A stretch of 50,000 nucleotides of DNA from Chiloscyllium plagiosum (Eukaryota): assembly GCF_004010195.1 (NCBI RefSeq), contig NW_025214738.1:1-50000 (forward strand). The letters are read 5' to 3'. This document shows, in pieces, positions 1 to 14,317 of the stretch. Below the pieces are notes generated by a model. The model did no database searches, was not told the DNA's origin, and was given only the letters and a program-made list of their open reading frames with translations. The number at the start of each line of letters is the position of its first letter. Positions within the stretch are counted from its first letter, which is position 1. The translations under genes and the position numbers were made by a program.

Positions 1-1313
1 TACCTCATCTGATTTGCTCATTTTTGATTTATCCAATTTTCTATCAGAATTCCCATTTTTAATTTTTTGCTTTTCCTCTTTGGTCTTGCTTTTATCATCT
101 CCTTTCTGTTTGATTTCATCAACGGGGTCATCCCCATTCCTTTCTTTGTGTCTCAATGTCTCCCTTTGTTTTTCTCGCTTAATTACTTTTTCACAATTTA
201 TTTTCTCCTTTTTGTTAGCCTTCTCTGTGTGATGGGAAGGTTTAATTTTTGTGCTGCCCACTTTGTCATTGTGTGCCTTAAACTTTGAGCTATTCAGGTC
301 ACCACCTTTATTCTTTTTATCCTTTGGCTCTTTTCCTTTAAGTTTGTCTTTATTAGATCGTGAAATCTTAGATGAATGTCTGCTGGACTTCAACTTTTGT
401 TTTTCTCTATTCTCTTGTCGTTTACGTTCAAAACGGCAATCATCTACATCATACTGAACTGCAATTTCTTTCATTGACCGTCTATTCAAATCTTTAGCCT
501 TTGAAGGAAATCCTTCATTAGACTTATTGTCACAAAGCACAGCATTTCGAAACTTTGAAATGTCCCCTTGACTTTGCGGACAGTTATCATTAATTTTGCC
601 TTGAGAGTCTGGAAACTCCATCTCCTCACAGATCTTAGAGTTCAAGCGGTGGCAACGCTTCTTTCCTGCAGGTGTATAGGGCGTTTCTGAGCTGTTCTCT
701 CTGGGCCTCTTGGTTCCAGGTTTTATTGTCCTTTTTTTAGACATTAGCCTTGCTGAATAATTCAACAAAGGATCATACTCTAAATCAGTGCATGGCTTGG
801 TGTTGTCAATCACATATTTGTTACTGGGTACAGAGGTAGAATATTTGACTGGCTTATTCATGAGTGTTGGAACATATTTTAATGAATTACCCTTTGCATC
901 AGCTTCATCATCGGTGTCCAAAGTATACTTACTGAAACAAGCAGTAGCTGAAAGTGGCGTTGGGGTGTACTCTACATTGCTATTTAGACCATAACTATCT
1001 GGATTATATTCTAAAGAGTTTTTCAATTCATCCTCAATCGGTAAATGCTCTGTACAACTCTTGTTCTTGCCAAGTGCCTTCTGTGTGGATGGCACTGAAG
1101 GGACATATTCCTCTTCTGTATCCAGAAGATCCTCATATCGCAAAAGCCTTTTCTGCTCTTGTTCAACTTCATTCTTGACAACCTCAATGGCTTTGTTGAC
1201 CAGTTCCAATTCCAGCGTACTGGAGCTGGATTCTGTAAATTCACTTGATATTCCATCTCCATTTCTGGATGAACCCTTAGGAAGCTCAGGATTATAAGGA
1301 TCATAACCATGCT
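1..1313 (-). CDS. REXO1: REXO1 coding exon 2 (partial, runs to the window edge)
   Basis: Acceptor ...gttgtctttctttAG (AG at 1315-1314) is followed by an open frame down to position 1: (E)HGYDPYNPELPKGSSRNGDG...TLELELVNKAIEVVKNEVEQEQKR...KYVIDNTKPCTDLEYDPLLNYSAR...KRPRENSSETPYTPAGKK...KEIAVQYDV, then a K/E-rich region. The motifs GYDPYNPELP, LELELVNxAIE and KYVxDNxxPxTDLEYDPLxNYSAR match my recollection of vertebrate REXO1. The phase-1 junction fits exon 1. The exon could end at position 4 (GAG|GTA) or continue beyond the window. Confidence 0.93.
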
Positions 1314-1939
1314 CTAAAGAAAGACAACATTAAAGTACTGTAAATATTAAGGGTTGAAATATCTACAAAACTGAATTAGTCTCCTACAAATACAATTTAA
1401 TTCTATCAAAATAGCACCAGAATAAATATTGCAACTAAAATGAATGCAAAGATCACTTGACAAAAGTACATTTTATCATGGTGAGGTACTTACTATTTCC
1501 TTCTCCTTCCTTTTCTCCAAGTGCTCCATTACCAAAGCAAAAATACTGCTTACAATTTAGAATAAATGAATGAATGAATGAGAACAGCATGAAGAGAATG
1601 GAAAATAGTTCCATTTGGTGTGAAGTCAGAACCAAGATATTTGTGTTTTCATTTAGGAATCCAATCACCTAAAATGAGCTTGTTGCTGTTAACTGAACTA
1701 GGTATGAACAAAATACGCAGTGAAAATGTAGTGGGTGAAAATCATAAGCAGCAGCTTCAAAAGGTTTCCTTGTTTGTTAACAGCATTCACCAGCTAACTG
1801 CAATTCTGCTGCAGTGTAGTAAAATGTAAAATATTGTGCTTTCACCCCTTAAACCTTTCGTTTCCTCAAGCAATCCTACTCCCATTCAAGGTCTGGGAAT
1901 GATTGCTTCAGTGATAAACATTATCTTTGTCTTGCTACC

Positions 1940-2295
1940 AAAGTCACCATAGTCCTATCGTACCATATGGTGACTTGCTCATTAGAGACATGATTGGTAA
2001 TAGTTTAACCTGAGGGCATCACAGGAGAGTAGTTATGAACGAATGTCCTTCATGGTATCTTCAACTCGTACAGAAATTAGCATCACTCTGCACTGCAAAT
2101 GAGCCATCTAGGCAGAAGTGGGTACTGCAGATGCTGGCGATTAGAGTCAAGATTAGAGTGGTGCTGGAAAAGCACAGCAGGTCAGACAGCATCAGGAATG
2201 AAGGGCTTTTGCCCGACAAATCGATTTTCCCGATCCTCAGATGCTGCCTGACCTGCTGTGCTAAATCAGCCATCCAACCAACTGAGCTAACTGTT
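1940..2295 (-). mobile_element. Old tRNA-headed SINE, third family (interrupted by the PLE at 2109-2262)
   Basis: Homologous to 25345-25540 (plus): GTTAGyTCAGTTGG.T.GAT.GCT..TTTGCA.TG.AGAGTGATGC...CCCTCAGGTT...CTAT.GTGACTT. Confidence 0.6.
2109..2262. mobile_element. Penelope-like terminal-repeat insertion (family A), inverted arrangement
   Basis: Inverted arms 2171-2193 and 2240-2262 (AGCACAGCAGGTCAGrCAGCATC) flank a decayed hammerhead (ATGA AGGGCTTTTGCCC GACA). TSD AAATsAGCCATC (11/12) at 2097-2108 and 2263-2274. Inserted inside an older SINE. Confidence 0.78.
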
Positions 2296-5200
2296 CCCAG
2301 TAGCAAGATAATTCTCCAAGAAGCAAAACAAAACCAAAATTTTAATCTAACAGGAGGCACACATATATCAACAGCTACTTCCAAAGTACCATTGATAAAA
2401 GCTTAGGAGCATTTTGCTCACCTGCTGTCAGCACAGAAAAACAAAGATTGATAGATTTCTAGTTATTACCGTCATCAGGGGCTTTGTGATAACATAGTAA
2501 ATGGTGTTGAGGCAGATGATCAGCAATGATCTAGAATGACAGAGCATTCTCGATGCAGAGTTCTCTACTCCTGTTCCTACGTTCCTATTTTCCTTCGAAG
2601 TAACTTAGTTTATATACTTCACCTCTATAGTAAGACAGGCTATTAAAAAATCACTTTTTTTAAAGCCAATCGAACATTCTGATCCCAATATCTATGAGAT
2701 GTGAGCATGTCGATATTGCTGCTGCTGTTACAAACAGCAATGTAGTAATGAATCTTGACCTGAAAACAAGTTTTATTTCAAGCTATCTTCACGCTAATAC
2801 AAACTAAATCTGAAACTTAAAATATATCCATTTTTGAAGACTGCCTACGTAATTCATTATAGGGACTTTCCAGCTTTTAGTTCTCCAACAAAATTTCTTT
2901 ACACCAGGTAATAGTACCAATTAATCTGCTATTGACTCCATCTGAACTCTTAATATAAATGAAACTCAACAACACAAAGCGCAGACTGCAATTATCAGTG
3001 ACTTGATAATTATAGTAAAAATAGACTTAGAGATAAACGCAAGGTCATCAATCTTGGAATATGAACTCTGTTCCTCTCCTCACAGATCCTACATGATCCA
3101 AGTACTTATAATACTTGTTTCAGATTTCCAACATGTTTTAAAGTTAAAAGATCCTATAGTAGGATGGAGATATATTCAGGTTCCTGAAAATAAATAATTT
3201 TCCTTTGTTTTTTAGAACCAGATTTTCATAAAGAAGGTCTTCTTTTATTTACTGGCCTGTAAACAGGCCATAAAGCACTGCCAAATCCCAATCTTGAGTG
3301 ACTTACTAAGCATTTTAATAATAACAGATCCTTTTCAAAACAAAGGCTCCTAATATTTCTACACCTGTCAATCTTTGTGATTTACATGCAGACAAATCAG
3401 TTAAAACAAACAGAAACTCCTTGCAGAGTCACAGATTGAAAAAGATGTCAGGCAGTTTCTGCTTCCGTACCATTAAATCAGAAGCCAAGGCAAGCTATGA
3501 TTTTATTGCATTCTTCCTGTATGTTGAGGGCTGGATGTTTAAATTTCTGAGAAACTGACTAAACCACTTCTTATAGTTTGCTCTCACAAACGTCATCAAG
3601 ATAGTCACCACATTTCTGAAGTTGAGTTATTAACTCTGAAACAATTGTAGCTATGTATTTATCTTGTTTATATCTTTGAGAAATTGTCTTTTAAAATATA
3701 ACAAATTGAATTTGTAAAGTCAGAAGTATTGGTTTCTAGGAGTACATCACACAAAGAGGCATATCACAAAGAACCACAATGGCATAAATATTGTTGGACA
3801 ATATCACTATACTGCTTTAATGCAACTCTTTTGAAGTCTTAGTTTTCCTAAAAGACTGACAATTTTTCCTAAATCCTCAAAGTAACTTCAAAGAAAGAAC
3901 ACCATTACAAACAGGTTAGCCTAGAGAAAGGAGGGCCATTAACACTAGGTGACCAAGGGTCCACCTGCACCATTATTCTTCAATCCAAGTGGCTGTGATG
4001 AATAAACTATCCTAAATCAAGGAAATTCACAATTGCTGTTGAGTTGCATGGGAGAGAAAGGGTACGATAATCAATTTTTCATGGTTAGACAAAAAGATAT
4101 TATACAAAGATTCCAGGAAAAGTTTGCACAGTAATGGCATAACACAATTACATCACATTCACAATGTGACATAATTTAGCTTTGTGTGGCTCTGTAGCCC
4201 TCAAACCATATTTTAGGGAAATTTTAAGCTGTAGTACTGACTCAACAATACACACACACACATCTTCAGGTTCTTTAATCCAACTGAAAGATTAATTTAA
4301 TTCAGAGGAAAAGCAATGCAGAACTTCTGGAGGCCAGAAAATTCACCATATAAACTATAAACTTACGAGATGGTCAAATTTCCAATCACGGATCTGCAGA
4401 GTTTTAAGATCTCAAGAGCATTAATATAGTGACACAGTAATACAATTCTATATTTAGAGTTTGGAAAAAAAATTAAATTGATTCCTTAATTGTTTTTAAG
4501 TTATTTATAAGCATTGAGGTGTGGCTCTGCCGGTAATGTCAGCTTTCTCGTATCTATCTCAGCAACGACAAGTGGGCAGCCAGCATCACAGCAAAGTTGA
4601 ATCCTGTTCCCATTTAACATTTAGATTTGTATATTGCTCAGTGTATCGACAATAAATATCCCAAAGTTGGACATATCAGTTAATATTTTGCTATGGTTTT
4701 TTAAATAACCTACTGACAAACTGTTAGTAACATTGAACATAAAAGAATAAAATGAACCAAGTACTTTAAATAAAGATGTAATTAAGCAATAAACAGATGC
4801 AGTTATACCCACACTGAGCAATACACAAGCCTGTAAACAACAAACTACTCCTGAATAAAGATAACTACCAGACTTATTTGAATGCATCAACAGTTGAATG
4901 TATTTTTAGCATAATGAATGAAGCATTTTATTTTAAATGCACTAACTTCCAAACTAAACAGTAAAATTCCTTGCATGGCTACATCAGGATAGAAACAAAT
5001 ACAGTACTTTCTGTAATATGCAAGTATTTGCACTAGAAAAGCACAAACCTGTAATAAAAAATTACAACGCGTTCTGATATATGAATATTTGCATTCCACG
5101 GTATTTTAAGCATTATCTACCTAGAGAATGATTTACCCACAGTACAATGCCACACGCTATTCCTTTCCAAAGTCTAAATTTAGATCTGTAGACAGACAAA

Positions 5201-6249
5201 ACAGTTACCATAATTTTGGTTGCTCAACAGGTATGAAATATACTTGTTCATGTCTTTCTAGAATTCAACTTTGCACCATACCACTCTCTGCACCACTCAT
5301 GTTTGCAACACACACTGCTAACAAGGGACCACTTGGTTTCTGAAGTCAATATGCTTTTAGTATCAGAGATCCCAGGGTTACGCAGCTGCTATTATCTCAT
5401 TAGCCCATCCCCTTAAAAAAAACCTTTCTCTGCATGAGGAAGGTGCTCGCTTCCCAGTGATGATTCACATTCAACTTACACTTCATAATTCTGAGAGCGT
5501 TCAAGATGAACATTACTCACAATTCCACTGACCTGTAAAAAAAATTGAGATTCAAATCAAAAGGCAATCAAAAAGTAGTTGTTTCTAATTCAAAAACATT
5601 ATGGTCAGTGCTAAAAAGCAGCCACACAAACTGGAAGTTTGCTTTCTAGAAGAGTTCAGTGCAGGCTGGACAGAATGTATAACCCTCCAATGATCCTAAT
5701 GGGTTTGTTCCATGGATTATAATAAACCTACATTCAAAAATCAGACCTGAAAACAGTGCTTTTATAACATACACAACATTCAATTTCTAACCATGTGTCA
5801 ACGCCCAAATCTTTTTTGTTGGTCCCAGTCGGGAGACCTTGGGGAATTAAACTCAGCTCAGTCAAAAATATCTAGGTGCAACTTATGCAAAGGTGAAGAC
5901 AGAGGCAGCTTTGCAAATGAGTCACACAGTTGAGTTGCTATATTCTATTCTGTGTCAAACTAACGAAGTCCAGTGGGGTGGCACTAGGGTCAGCCCTAGT
6001 ACAAGCAGATGAAAAGTCAGCCCAGACTCCACCTTAATTTGCAATGTTTATTGTTAAGACATTTCAATTGTGGGCATCAGCTGAGAATACAATGCCACCT
6101 ACAGGTAAACAGACTGCTCATCATACCTACTTACTCATGCAAAACAGCCACCTTGTTAAAAACAACCATAAAGCACTTTAGAGCCCTGAAATGCCATTCA
6201 ACGTTAACTAAATTTGGGCAAATTTATTGTAAAAAAAACTAATTCATTC

Positions 6250-7040
6250 GCACTAGATTGTTGTCATCAGTTCCTTGGCATAGAGATTACTCTAGTAAAC
6301 GCTAGACAAGTTCTCAGATGACTGAAGCCCAATTTCAGATTCACTTTGTGGGAAAAGTTGTGGACAAGTGGATTTTGCAGCCTGGATCAGTTTCTTTTCC
6401 TTCCCTCTGCTACTCCTGTTCACCTCAAGGTTGAATCACTGAGCCTCAAAGTGGACAGTGACTTGATGAACAAGGCCGTGCCATACCAAACAATCAGCAG
6501 GCTTTCTGCACCCAGTCTGTAGTGTTAATGCTATGCCTTACAGTGAACTCAAGTGCGTCCCTATTACTTTTCTTTTGGCTACAGGATAACTTGGAGTAAA
6601 GAATCTGCCAAGGCTGAGGTTTTCAGATACGTGGAACAGAATTGGTTTTTCAGGGACTTGTGGAGATGCAGCTTCATGGACGGATGCTCATTGATCCAGT
6701 AGTCCTTCCATTTGATCCCCAGGATTCAATAATGGCATCACTGGTAGAAATTAAAGGATCCTGTGATATCCAGGTTTCGCTGCAGTGCAGATGGTGTTGG
6801 AAAGTTTTAGCATCCTTTGCATGCTCTGTGTTAACATCTGTAAACAGTCATCTTAAACTGAAGGTCATGGATGTCCATAGTGGTGAACTTTGTTTTTGCC
6901 CAGAAGCAACCAAGGTTGAAGATCTTCCCATTCAGACAATATTGATTGCCAACAGTCAGGTCAGTGCCATAACACTATACCAACCATTTCCAAACTGGCA
7001 TACATGTTTCCAAATCTACCTCTTAATTTATGCTTTTACC
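6250..7040 (-). mobile_element. Highly decayed LINE 3' region, probably RTE clade
   Basis: Minus-strand remnant FYQ*CHY*ILGIKWKDYWIN resembles the RTE C-terminal FHxRCLRxILxIxWxDxxxN motif. Many stops are present. Confidence 0.5.
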
Positions 7041-8692
7041 TCTGAACTTATAGTTCTTTCAACAAATGAGCATTTCAGACTCAAACTAATGCTGTTCTGT
7101 ACTCAGCACCAGAAAACATTCTTGCAGTAAAAGGTGAAACTGAATATTTCTGAAAAAATATTTATACAATGAAGAAATTGCTTTTGAAGATATAGTCACT
7201 ATGGTAATAGAGGCTATTGTAGAACCTAGTTCCAACCTGAAAACTGGCAGGTCCAATAACGCAATATTGCCTGTATCAAACCTTCTGATACTGGGTGCTA
7301 TTTTTAAAATATATTTTAAAAAAGCAAGCCACACAGAAGAAGCACAGCGTAAAATATATTCACTCATGCAGACATAATCAGCCACAGGTTTGATATTAAT
7401 TTATGACAATGAAATTATTTAAATTAAGCAGAAAAAGAATCGAAATGTGGAAATCAGAGATAAAAATAAAGAAAATCTACTCGAAATACAAAACAGCAGG
7501 ACTAATCATGGAAAGAGGAAGATTATGTTCAATGTTTCCAGTCTTCTGGCTATTTGTCCACCTGAGAGCGCAGTTGGGGTTATAGTGCAGAGTCAGAAGA
7601 CAGGAAATGTTTAAGCTTACCTTGCCAGATGCTGCCAAACTTTGCATTTTTAATTTCAGTCAGACAGCTGGTGGTATACTTCAATGGATTCATACAGATA
7701 AGTTTCTCTTATCCTGAATATTATCCAGCTAACTCTGATTACGTAAATGTACTCGTGTCAAGTGATAACCAGATTGAACTGGATGGCAAGCCTCGAATTA
7801 TATGGGCGACCGTTTAAGTTTCAATGCTCTGGTATGAAGAATTGAGAGTGCATGATCAGGAGCAGTAGCAGCTGGCACCTGTGGGTGCATACAAAGCAAA
7901 ACAAAGAGCCTATACGCAGAATATGGAGGAAGCTGACAGCCAGGACATTGAAAACCTAGGGTTAACGTCAAGCATGAAGTAAGTTCATAGTTACATTTGT
8001 TAGAATACAAACTTATTCAAAAAAAAGGGACAAAAGCCAACTTGTTCAATGGTTTTAGTAGTCTGGGCGATGTGGTGATGAGCCAAAGTAGACCAGTCAG
8101 CTGAACAGCATTACAGATTCTATGTTTCAAGTCCTATCTGCTCCATGGGTGCATAATTTCTCTGAACATGCCAATTAGGAAATATCCACAGAGGGATAAA
8201 TAAGTCAATTCATAATTGTCCGATGTCAAACTTTAAGGGATCTTGTGGCACAGAAGTAGAGACCCTACTCAGAGCCAGGAGGCCAGATTAAATTCCTACC
8301 TGTTGCAGAGGCGAGTGATAACATATCTGAAGAGGTTGATGTTTCAGAGAAAATACTTTTGTCTTCACATTCCAGGATGCAAGGCCACAGGAGTTAAATT
8401 AAGCCTGAATTTCTGTATCTGATGGCTGTCTAACATGACTCAAAATGATTCTAGGGCCAAGACAGATGTGGTTGCTTTCACATTGTTTATCAAATGGTTT
8501 AACAAGACATTTTAAAATCTATTCGTTACTTTCAACATTAATTGTATATATGATTAGTGAGATGGTACAGTGCAATTGTTTCATTGCAGTATGTAATACA
8601 TGTTCTGACCTGTTCTAAATTTCCCCGCTCTGTATGATATCAGTACCGTAATATATCAATTTGAAAGAGAAACAGATTTTAAGTTGAATTGT

Positions 8693-8843
8693 TAAATAAT
8701 GGATGAGTATATGAATAGGAAGGGCTTGGAGGGATATGGGCCAGGTGCTGGCAGGTGGGACTAGATTGGGTTGGGATATCTGTTCGGCATGGAAGGGTTG
8801 GACCGAAGGGTCTGTTTCCATGCTGTACATCTCTATGACTCTA
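8693..8843 (+). mobile_element. CR1/HER1-type LINE 3' tail
   Basis: ...GGACCGAAGGGTCTGTTTCCATGCTGTACATCTCTATGACTCTA. The same tail occurs at 12655-12765, 13045-13555 and 37936-38630. Confidence 0.8.
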
Positions 8844-9303
8844 ATAATTATACTCACTACAGTAAATAGTTTCTACTTAATTAACTGTTTTGAAAAAACA
8901 CTTTTCAAACTCAGAAGTTTCAGCAGGCCTCAAAGTTGGTCAACACACACCGAAAGGATATAAAGGAGACAAAACAAAAAAAAAAAAAAAGAGTAATTTG
9001 GCTGCTTTAACACGGAATTGGTCATGACAAGATACGCATTCTGGTCAAGATTCCTGCTGCTCTGCACACCATCCTGTGTCATCACTTCAAAAATGTCCAG
9101 CACACTAAAACCAAAACAAAAACTTCAGTTCCACAGCATCAGACCCTTTGAAATAGGTTATCAAATTCAAAGAAAAATGTAAATCACTCACTGTACTATT
9201 TAATTGTCCTATTTAGTAATATTTTGTTTTTATTATATTTCTGACTTTCTGAAGGCACTGATTTCTTGGAGTGCTATTATGTGCAGGCACTTCTCACACA
9301 TAG

Positions 9304-9417
9304 GTTAAAACAATGACTGCAGATGCTGGAAACCAAATTCTGGATCAGTGGTGCTGGAAGAGCACAGCAATTCAGGCAGCATCCAACGAGCAGCAAAATC
9401 GACGTTTCGGGCAAAAG
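9304..9417 (-). mobile_element. Penelope-like 3' fragment (family A), truncated inside hammerhead helix II
   Basis: Nearly colinear with 44012-44127. Perfect 14-bp TSD CTTCTCACACATAG at 9290-9303 and 9418-9431. Confidence 0.85.
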
Positions 9418-9594
9418 CTTCTCACACATAGCCAAATTAATGTATTAAATTAAACTGAAGCATTGTTTTTCTTACTGAGGCATTATGCTCAACCACTGTC
9501 CATTCAAGAACCATCTAATTGTACTACCAGATATCACTTGTTGTAGGAAATGGAAAACTACTGCACATTTTCCCCACTAAGCTAAAAGGCAATG

Positions 9595-9935
9595 AATCAT
9601 AGAATCACTACACAGTATGAAAACAGGCCCTTCGGGCCAACAAGTCTATACCAACCCTCCAAAGAGTATCCCACCCAAACCCATTTCTCTACCCTATTAC
9701 TCTACATTTACCCCTGACTAATACACCTAACCTACCCATCCATGAACACTATTGGTAATTTAGCATGGCCATTAACCTAACCTGCACATCTTTGGATTGT
9801 GGGAGGAAACCAGAGAAAACCCATGCAGACATGGGGAGAATGCGCAAACTCCACACAGTCGCCTGAGGCTGGAATCGAACCAGAGTCCCTGGCGCTGTGA
9901 GGCAGCAGTGCTAACCACTGAGGCACTGTGCCGTG
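9595..9935 (-). mobile_element. HE1-type V-SINE
   Basis: Reverse-complement match to 32598-32911 including A/B boxes, V-domain and tail. Confidence 0.88.
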
Positions 9936-11957
9936 TTGTTGTTTATCAATTAACTTAAAACCGGTTTCTCTTTCAAATTGGTGTATTAAGGTACTGGTAT
10001 TAAATGGAGCAGGGAATTTTAGAACAGTTCAATACAGCATGTCTTACACACTGCAATGAAATAATTGCAGTGTATCATCTCACTAATCATTTATAAAATG
10101 AGTGTTGAAAGTAACAAATTAAATGGATTAAATGAATTTTGACAGACAGTAGTCAAGAGGAGTTAACTTATCATACAGACAAGGTCTTTCCTCACATATT
10201 TGGCCCAGCTACTCACAACATAAAATAAATGCAGTGGATCTTATTGGAAATATAATGTTGTATTAATGTCATACAGTTATCTTTGTGCAAATAAGCCAGC
10301 AAGCTCAAGCATTTGGAGATAGTGAGATTTGTAAAATCTTCAAAATGTGCCCTTAAATATGAAAAGGTTATGACACCATCATATGGCCATAATTATCTCG
10401 TCTTCCCTCCCCCCACCCTCAGCAAAATCCTAACATCCCACACAACATAACTGACAAATGCATGCCACATGTAATCGGATCACACGTTACTACAATCTCA
10501 TTTCCAAACTATCATGTTTTAAAACTGCTCCCTGATAGACACTTCTGTTAAATACAGTTGGATCCCTTATTTTAGCACATTGAATGGAAGAGGATGGTGT
10601 TTGGGAAATCTATCCAGATAATTAATCCTTGTTATTTTCTTCCATGACATTCAAGTAATTTTAGAGTACAAATAGGAGACCCATCTCTGTGAGCTCAGCA
10701 AGCAGTGATAAAGTGTAGTTGACTTGCTCCCGGTGAATTGCTAACCAACTCCTCTCCTTCCATTCCCATACTGAGGTAATCCCTGAACTCCATGCTACTA
10801 ACATGAAAGAATATTTATAGACATACCTACAAGCATAATACCAGAAGAAGCTGGGCCCTTAACCATGAAAACGTTGTGACATCACCATGCTGCTTTCTAG
10901 TCATCTGCCTTATTTTCAAAAGCATAAAACTAAATGCAGTCATCAAAACAGATGCTGCATGAAGACAATAACCCTCCAGCCTGTATGGAGTAGATATGTG
11001 GGAACTGCCTTGCTAAATCCAGCAACATAACCCAACCAAATTCACTCCAATTCATCATGTGAAAAAAAAAGCATCAGAACTTTGTGTACAAATACAATTT
11101 TAAAACTTGGGAGCTAACTAACATTATTTAACCATAGGCCCAGGTTCAAGGCCTACTTATTCCAGAGCTGTCACTGGATGTCTGAATAGGTTGATTAAAA
11201 ATATTAGCATGGTGTATGTCAAAGTATGCATACCATTTATATTTGCATGACCTTCACCAGACTATTTCAATTCCAGTCATTGTGGAACTTTGCAAATTAG
11301 TCAGAATATATACTATTTATGCCACAGATGAAGTCACATTACCACAAGATCCAAAATGTCATTACAGACATTTTATAAAACAATGTTTTATGCAACAGCC
11401 TGATTCTCTTATGCACAGTATTAAATCATAGATCAGCATAGAGGATTGACTATTCTATATATGCCATGTTAGAATATTCATAAAAAACAAGAAACAAAAG
11501 AAGATGGAAGACATTTTGTTAAATGTTGTATTTTAAAAAAAGGTGATGCACTTAGGATACTTTCACCTAATAGACCAACTGAACACAGGCAGACAGAAAT
11601 CACAGGATCAAGTAATGCACCTGGACTGGACTCCTGGCTCCCAACCAGAGCACTGCAGTACTGTTAAGCTATCAGGGTTAAACAAAGTGGGCTTGTGTGG
11701 ACCAAAGACCATTTGCTGTATATTCTTTGTTTTTCTTCTCAATCGGCAGTCTTCTCAAATTTTCCAACCAGTATTCCGATCTTATGGACATAGCTACAGA
11801 TTTGTAATTTAGAAATCTTTAAATTTCTATGGCTACTTTGGATACAGAATGATAACTATAAGATTTCAGTCAGTCTTCTGAGCAAAGGCCCCATGAACTT
11901 TGATAACAAAACACTATTTGATCGCTATCTTAGGTAGTGGTATTAGTTATACACATA

Positions 11958-12290
11958 GGAGGCAATGACCTAGTGATATCATCAATGGATGTTAATCCCA
12001 AGACCAGATAATGTTCTAGGGACATGGGTTCAAATCCCGCCAGATCAGATGGTAGATTTTGAATTCAATAAAAAGAAAATCTGGAATTAAGAGTCTGGTA
12101 AGGACCACAAATCCATTGTTAATTGTAAGAAAAACTTCTAGTTTACTAGTGTTCTTTAGAGAAGGAATCTGCCATCCTTACTTGGTCTAGCCTACAGATG
12201 ACTCCAGACCCACAGCAAAGTGGTTGACTTTTAATTGCCCTCTGGGCAATAAATGCTGCCTAGCCAGCGATGCCCTCATCCCATAACAAA
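11958..12290 (+). mobile_element. tRNA-headed SINE, second family
   Basis: A-box-like TGACCTAGTGA and B box GGTTCAAATCCC. Tail GGGCAATAAATGCTGCCTAGCCAGCGATGCCCTCATCCCAT. Homologous to 40915-41238 (minus). Confidence 0.75.
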
Positions 12291-12654
12291 TAAAGAGAAA
12301 ATGGTCATTTAACTTGTGTATCAATTTGCATGTACACAGTGCCTTTAAAAGAATAAAACCCCCATTGGGATTTATTTACAAATTCAAAACATTTGATACA
12401 AACATGCAAAAACATATAAGCATGTTTTTGTCATTATGATTTAACAGATAGGTTTTAAGAAGCAACTTACAGAAGGCAAGGGAGATAGAGGCAGAGATTT
12501 AGGAAACAAATTAAAGAACTTAGGACCTTGCCAACTGAAGACAAGGCACCTGAACTGAGTGATTAAAGTTAGGAATTTTCAGGAGACCATAACTGGCATA
12601 ATGCAAAGGTGTGTTCTTTTCAATGTGGATCTTTGCAAGAATGGAGTAAATTTC

Positions 12655-12765
12655 AGAATCATAGAGCTATACAGCATGGAAACAGACCTCTTGGGCCAAC
12701 GTTTCCATGCTGACCAGATATCCGAATTAATCTAGTCCCATTTGCCAGCATTTGGCCCACATTCT
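12655..12765 (-). mobile_element. CR1/HER1-type LINE 3' tail
   Basis: Reverse-complement match to 8730-8843. Confidence 0.72.
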
Positions 12766-13044
12766 TCCAGAGATAGGGAAATCTATGGAGTTGAAAACAA
12801 AAATGAGAATTCGAGGCTCAACTGGTAGCCTAAGTAAGTCAATGAGGTCATGACAAATAAGCAAGATGGGCTTGCTACAAGTTAAGATATGGACAGACAT
12901 TTGCCATAGAGAGATAAACTGTGGATGCTGTACAACAGTGCTTTGGAACACAAGTCTCGAAATACCAGACACATTGAACAGTTTCAGCAGATAGACTGAG
13001 GTAAAGGCAGAGTTAAGTGATGGTATGGAGTTGGAAATAGCTGA

Positions 13045-13555
13045 TTAGAGTCAGAGATGTACAGCACCGAAACAGACCCTTCAGTCCAACTCATCTATGC
13101 TGACCAGATATCCTAAATTAATCTAGTCCCTTTTGCCAGCACTTGGCCCATATTCTTTTAAACACTTCCTATTCATAAAACCATCCAGATGCTTTTTAAA
13201 TGTTGCAATTGTACCAGCTTCCACCACTTTCTCTGGCAGTTCATTCCATACATGCACCACCCTCTTGTGTGAAAAGTTGCCCCTTCGGTCCTTTTTAAAT
13301 CTTTCCTCTGTAACCTTAAACCTCTACCAACTAGTTTTGGATTCCTCTGCCCTGGGTTAAAGGCCTTGACTCTTTAGTCTATCCATGCCCCTCTTGATTT
13401 TATGAACTTCTGTAAGGTCACCCCTCACCCTCTGATGTCCAGGGAAAACAGCCCCAGCAAATTCAGCCTCTCCCTAGATCTCAAATCCTCCAACCCTGAC
13501 AACATCCTTGTAAATCTTTTCTAGCCTCTTTCAAGTCTCACAACATTGTTCCTAT
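13045..13555 (-). mobile_element. CR1/HER1-type LINE 3' fragment
   Basis: Colinear with 37936-38440. Contains the end of ORF2 and the 3' tail. Confidence 0.82.
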
Positions 13556-14317
13556 ATGTGTGATATTCAAATTGCTGTAGGCTTACAGAAATGACAATAT
13601 CGTTGAAAACCAGGAGAGAGATAGCACCTATAAGCAACAAGTAGTTATGGTCATAAAAGGTGCATGATAAAGGACTAGAAGCTCATGTTGGGGTAAAATA
13701 AATAACTTAGCACAGTCTTAAACTGTTGCCTCAGAGGGGGGACAGAAAAAAGGATGGTGACCAAAGATGGTAGTTTCCTTCATCCTGAAATTTAGTTCCA
13801 GGATGTTTCTCATCTAGAAATTGCAGTCAGACAAGTAGTCTGACAGTTTAAAGGCAGAGGAAAAAAGGTAGAACTGGATCCACGTTGCTCTGATTTTGGA
13901 TGTCATTAACATGGGTGCAGTGTCAAAGATTAATAACTACATAAAATCCTAAGAAATAAGAGCAGGACAATGCCATAAAGCTCAATAAGCCTACTCTGCC
14001 ATTTGAAAAGATCATGGTTGACCTTGAGCTCCAAGTGCACTTTGCTGCCTGCTTGCTATTTCCTCTTATTTACTGAGAAACAAGAACTGTCTAGCTCAGC
14101 CTTATATATCTTCACTGATGGCAAATTCACAAATCTCGTGGGCAGTGAATTCCAAGTATTCACACACCTTGAAATTTATCATCTCAGTCCTAAATGAGCA
14201 GCCCCTTAACCAAAAATGTGCCCCTTGTTCTAGATTTTCCAGCCAGGAGAAATAACATTTCAGTATCTATCAGTTCCTTTCATTTTTATCTCATTCTTCT
14301 AAAATCCAAAGAACATA

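Noticed and set aside
14..1310. Short ORFs in the track at 14-1310 on both strands
   Set aside because: They are antisense or off-frame shadows of REXO1 exon 2. The real frame runs off the window edge and is missing from the track.
2035..2406. Overlapping 123-aa and 107-aa ORFs
   Set aside because: They span a SINE and an inverted PLE repeat. Similar peptides (VVLEKHS, EGLLP) recur at other repeat copies.
6642..7385. 162-aa and 99-aa ORFs
   Set aside because: No recognisable domain. The first is antisense to a decayed LINE and the second is AT-rich intron.
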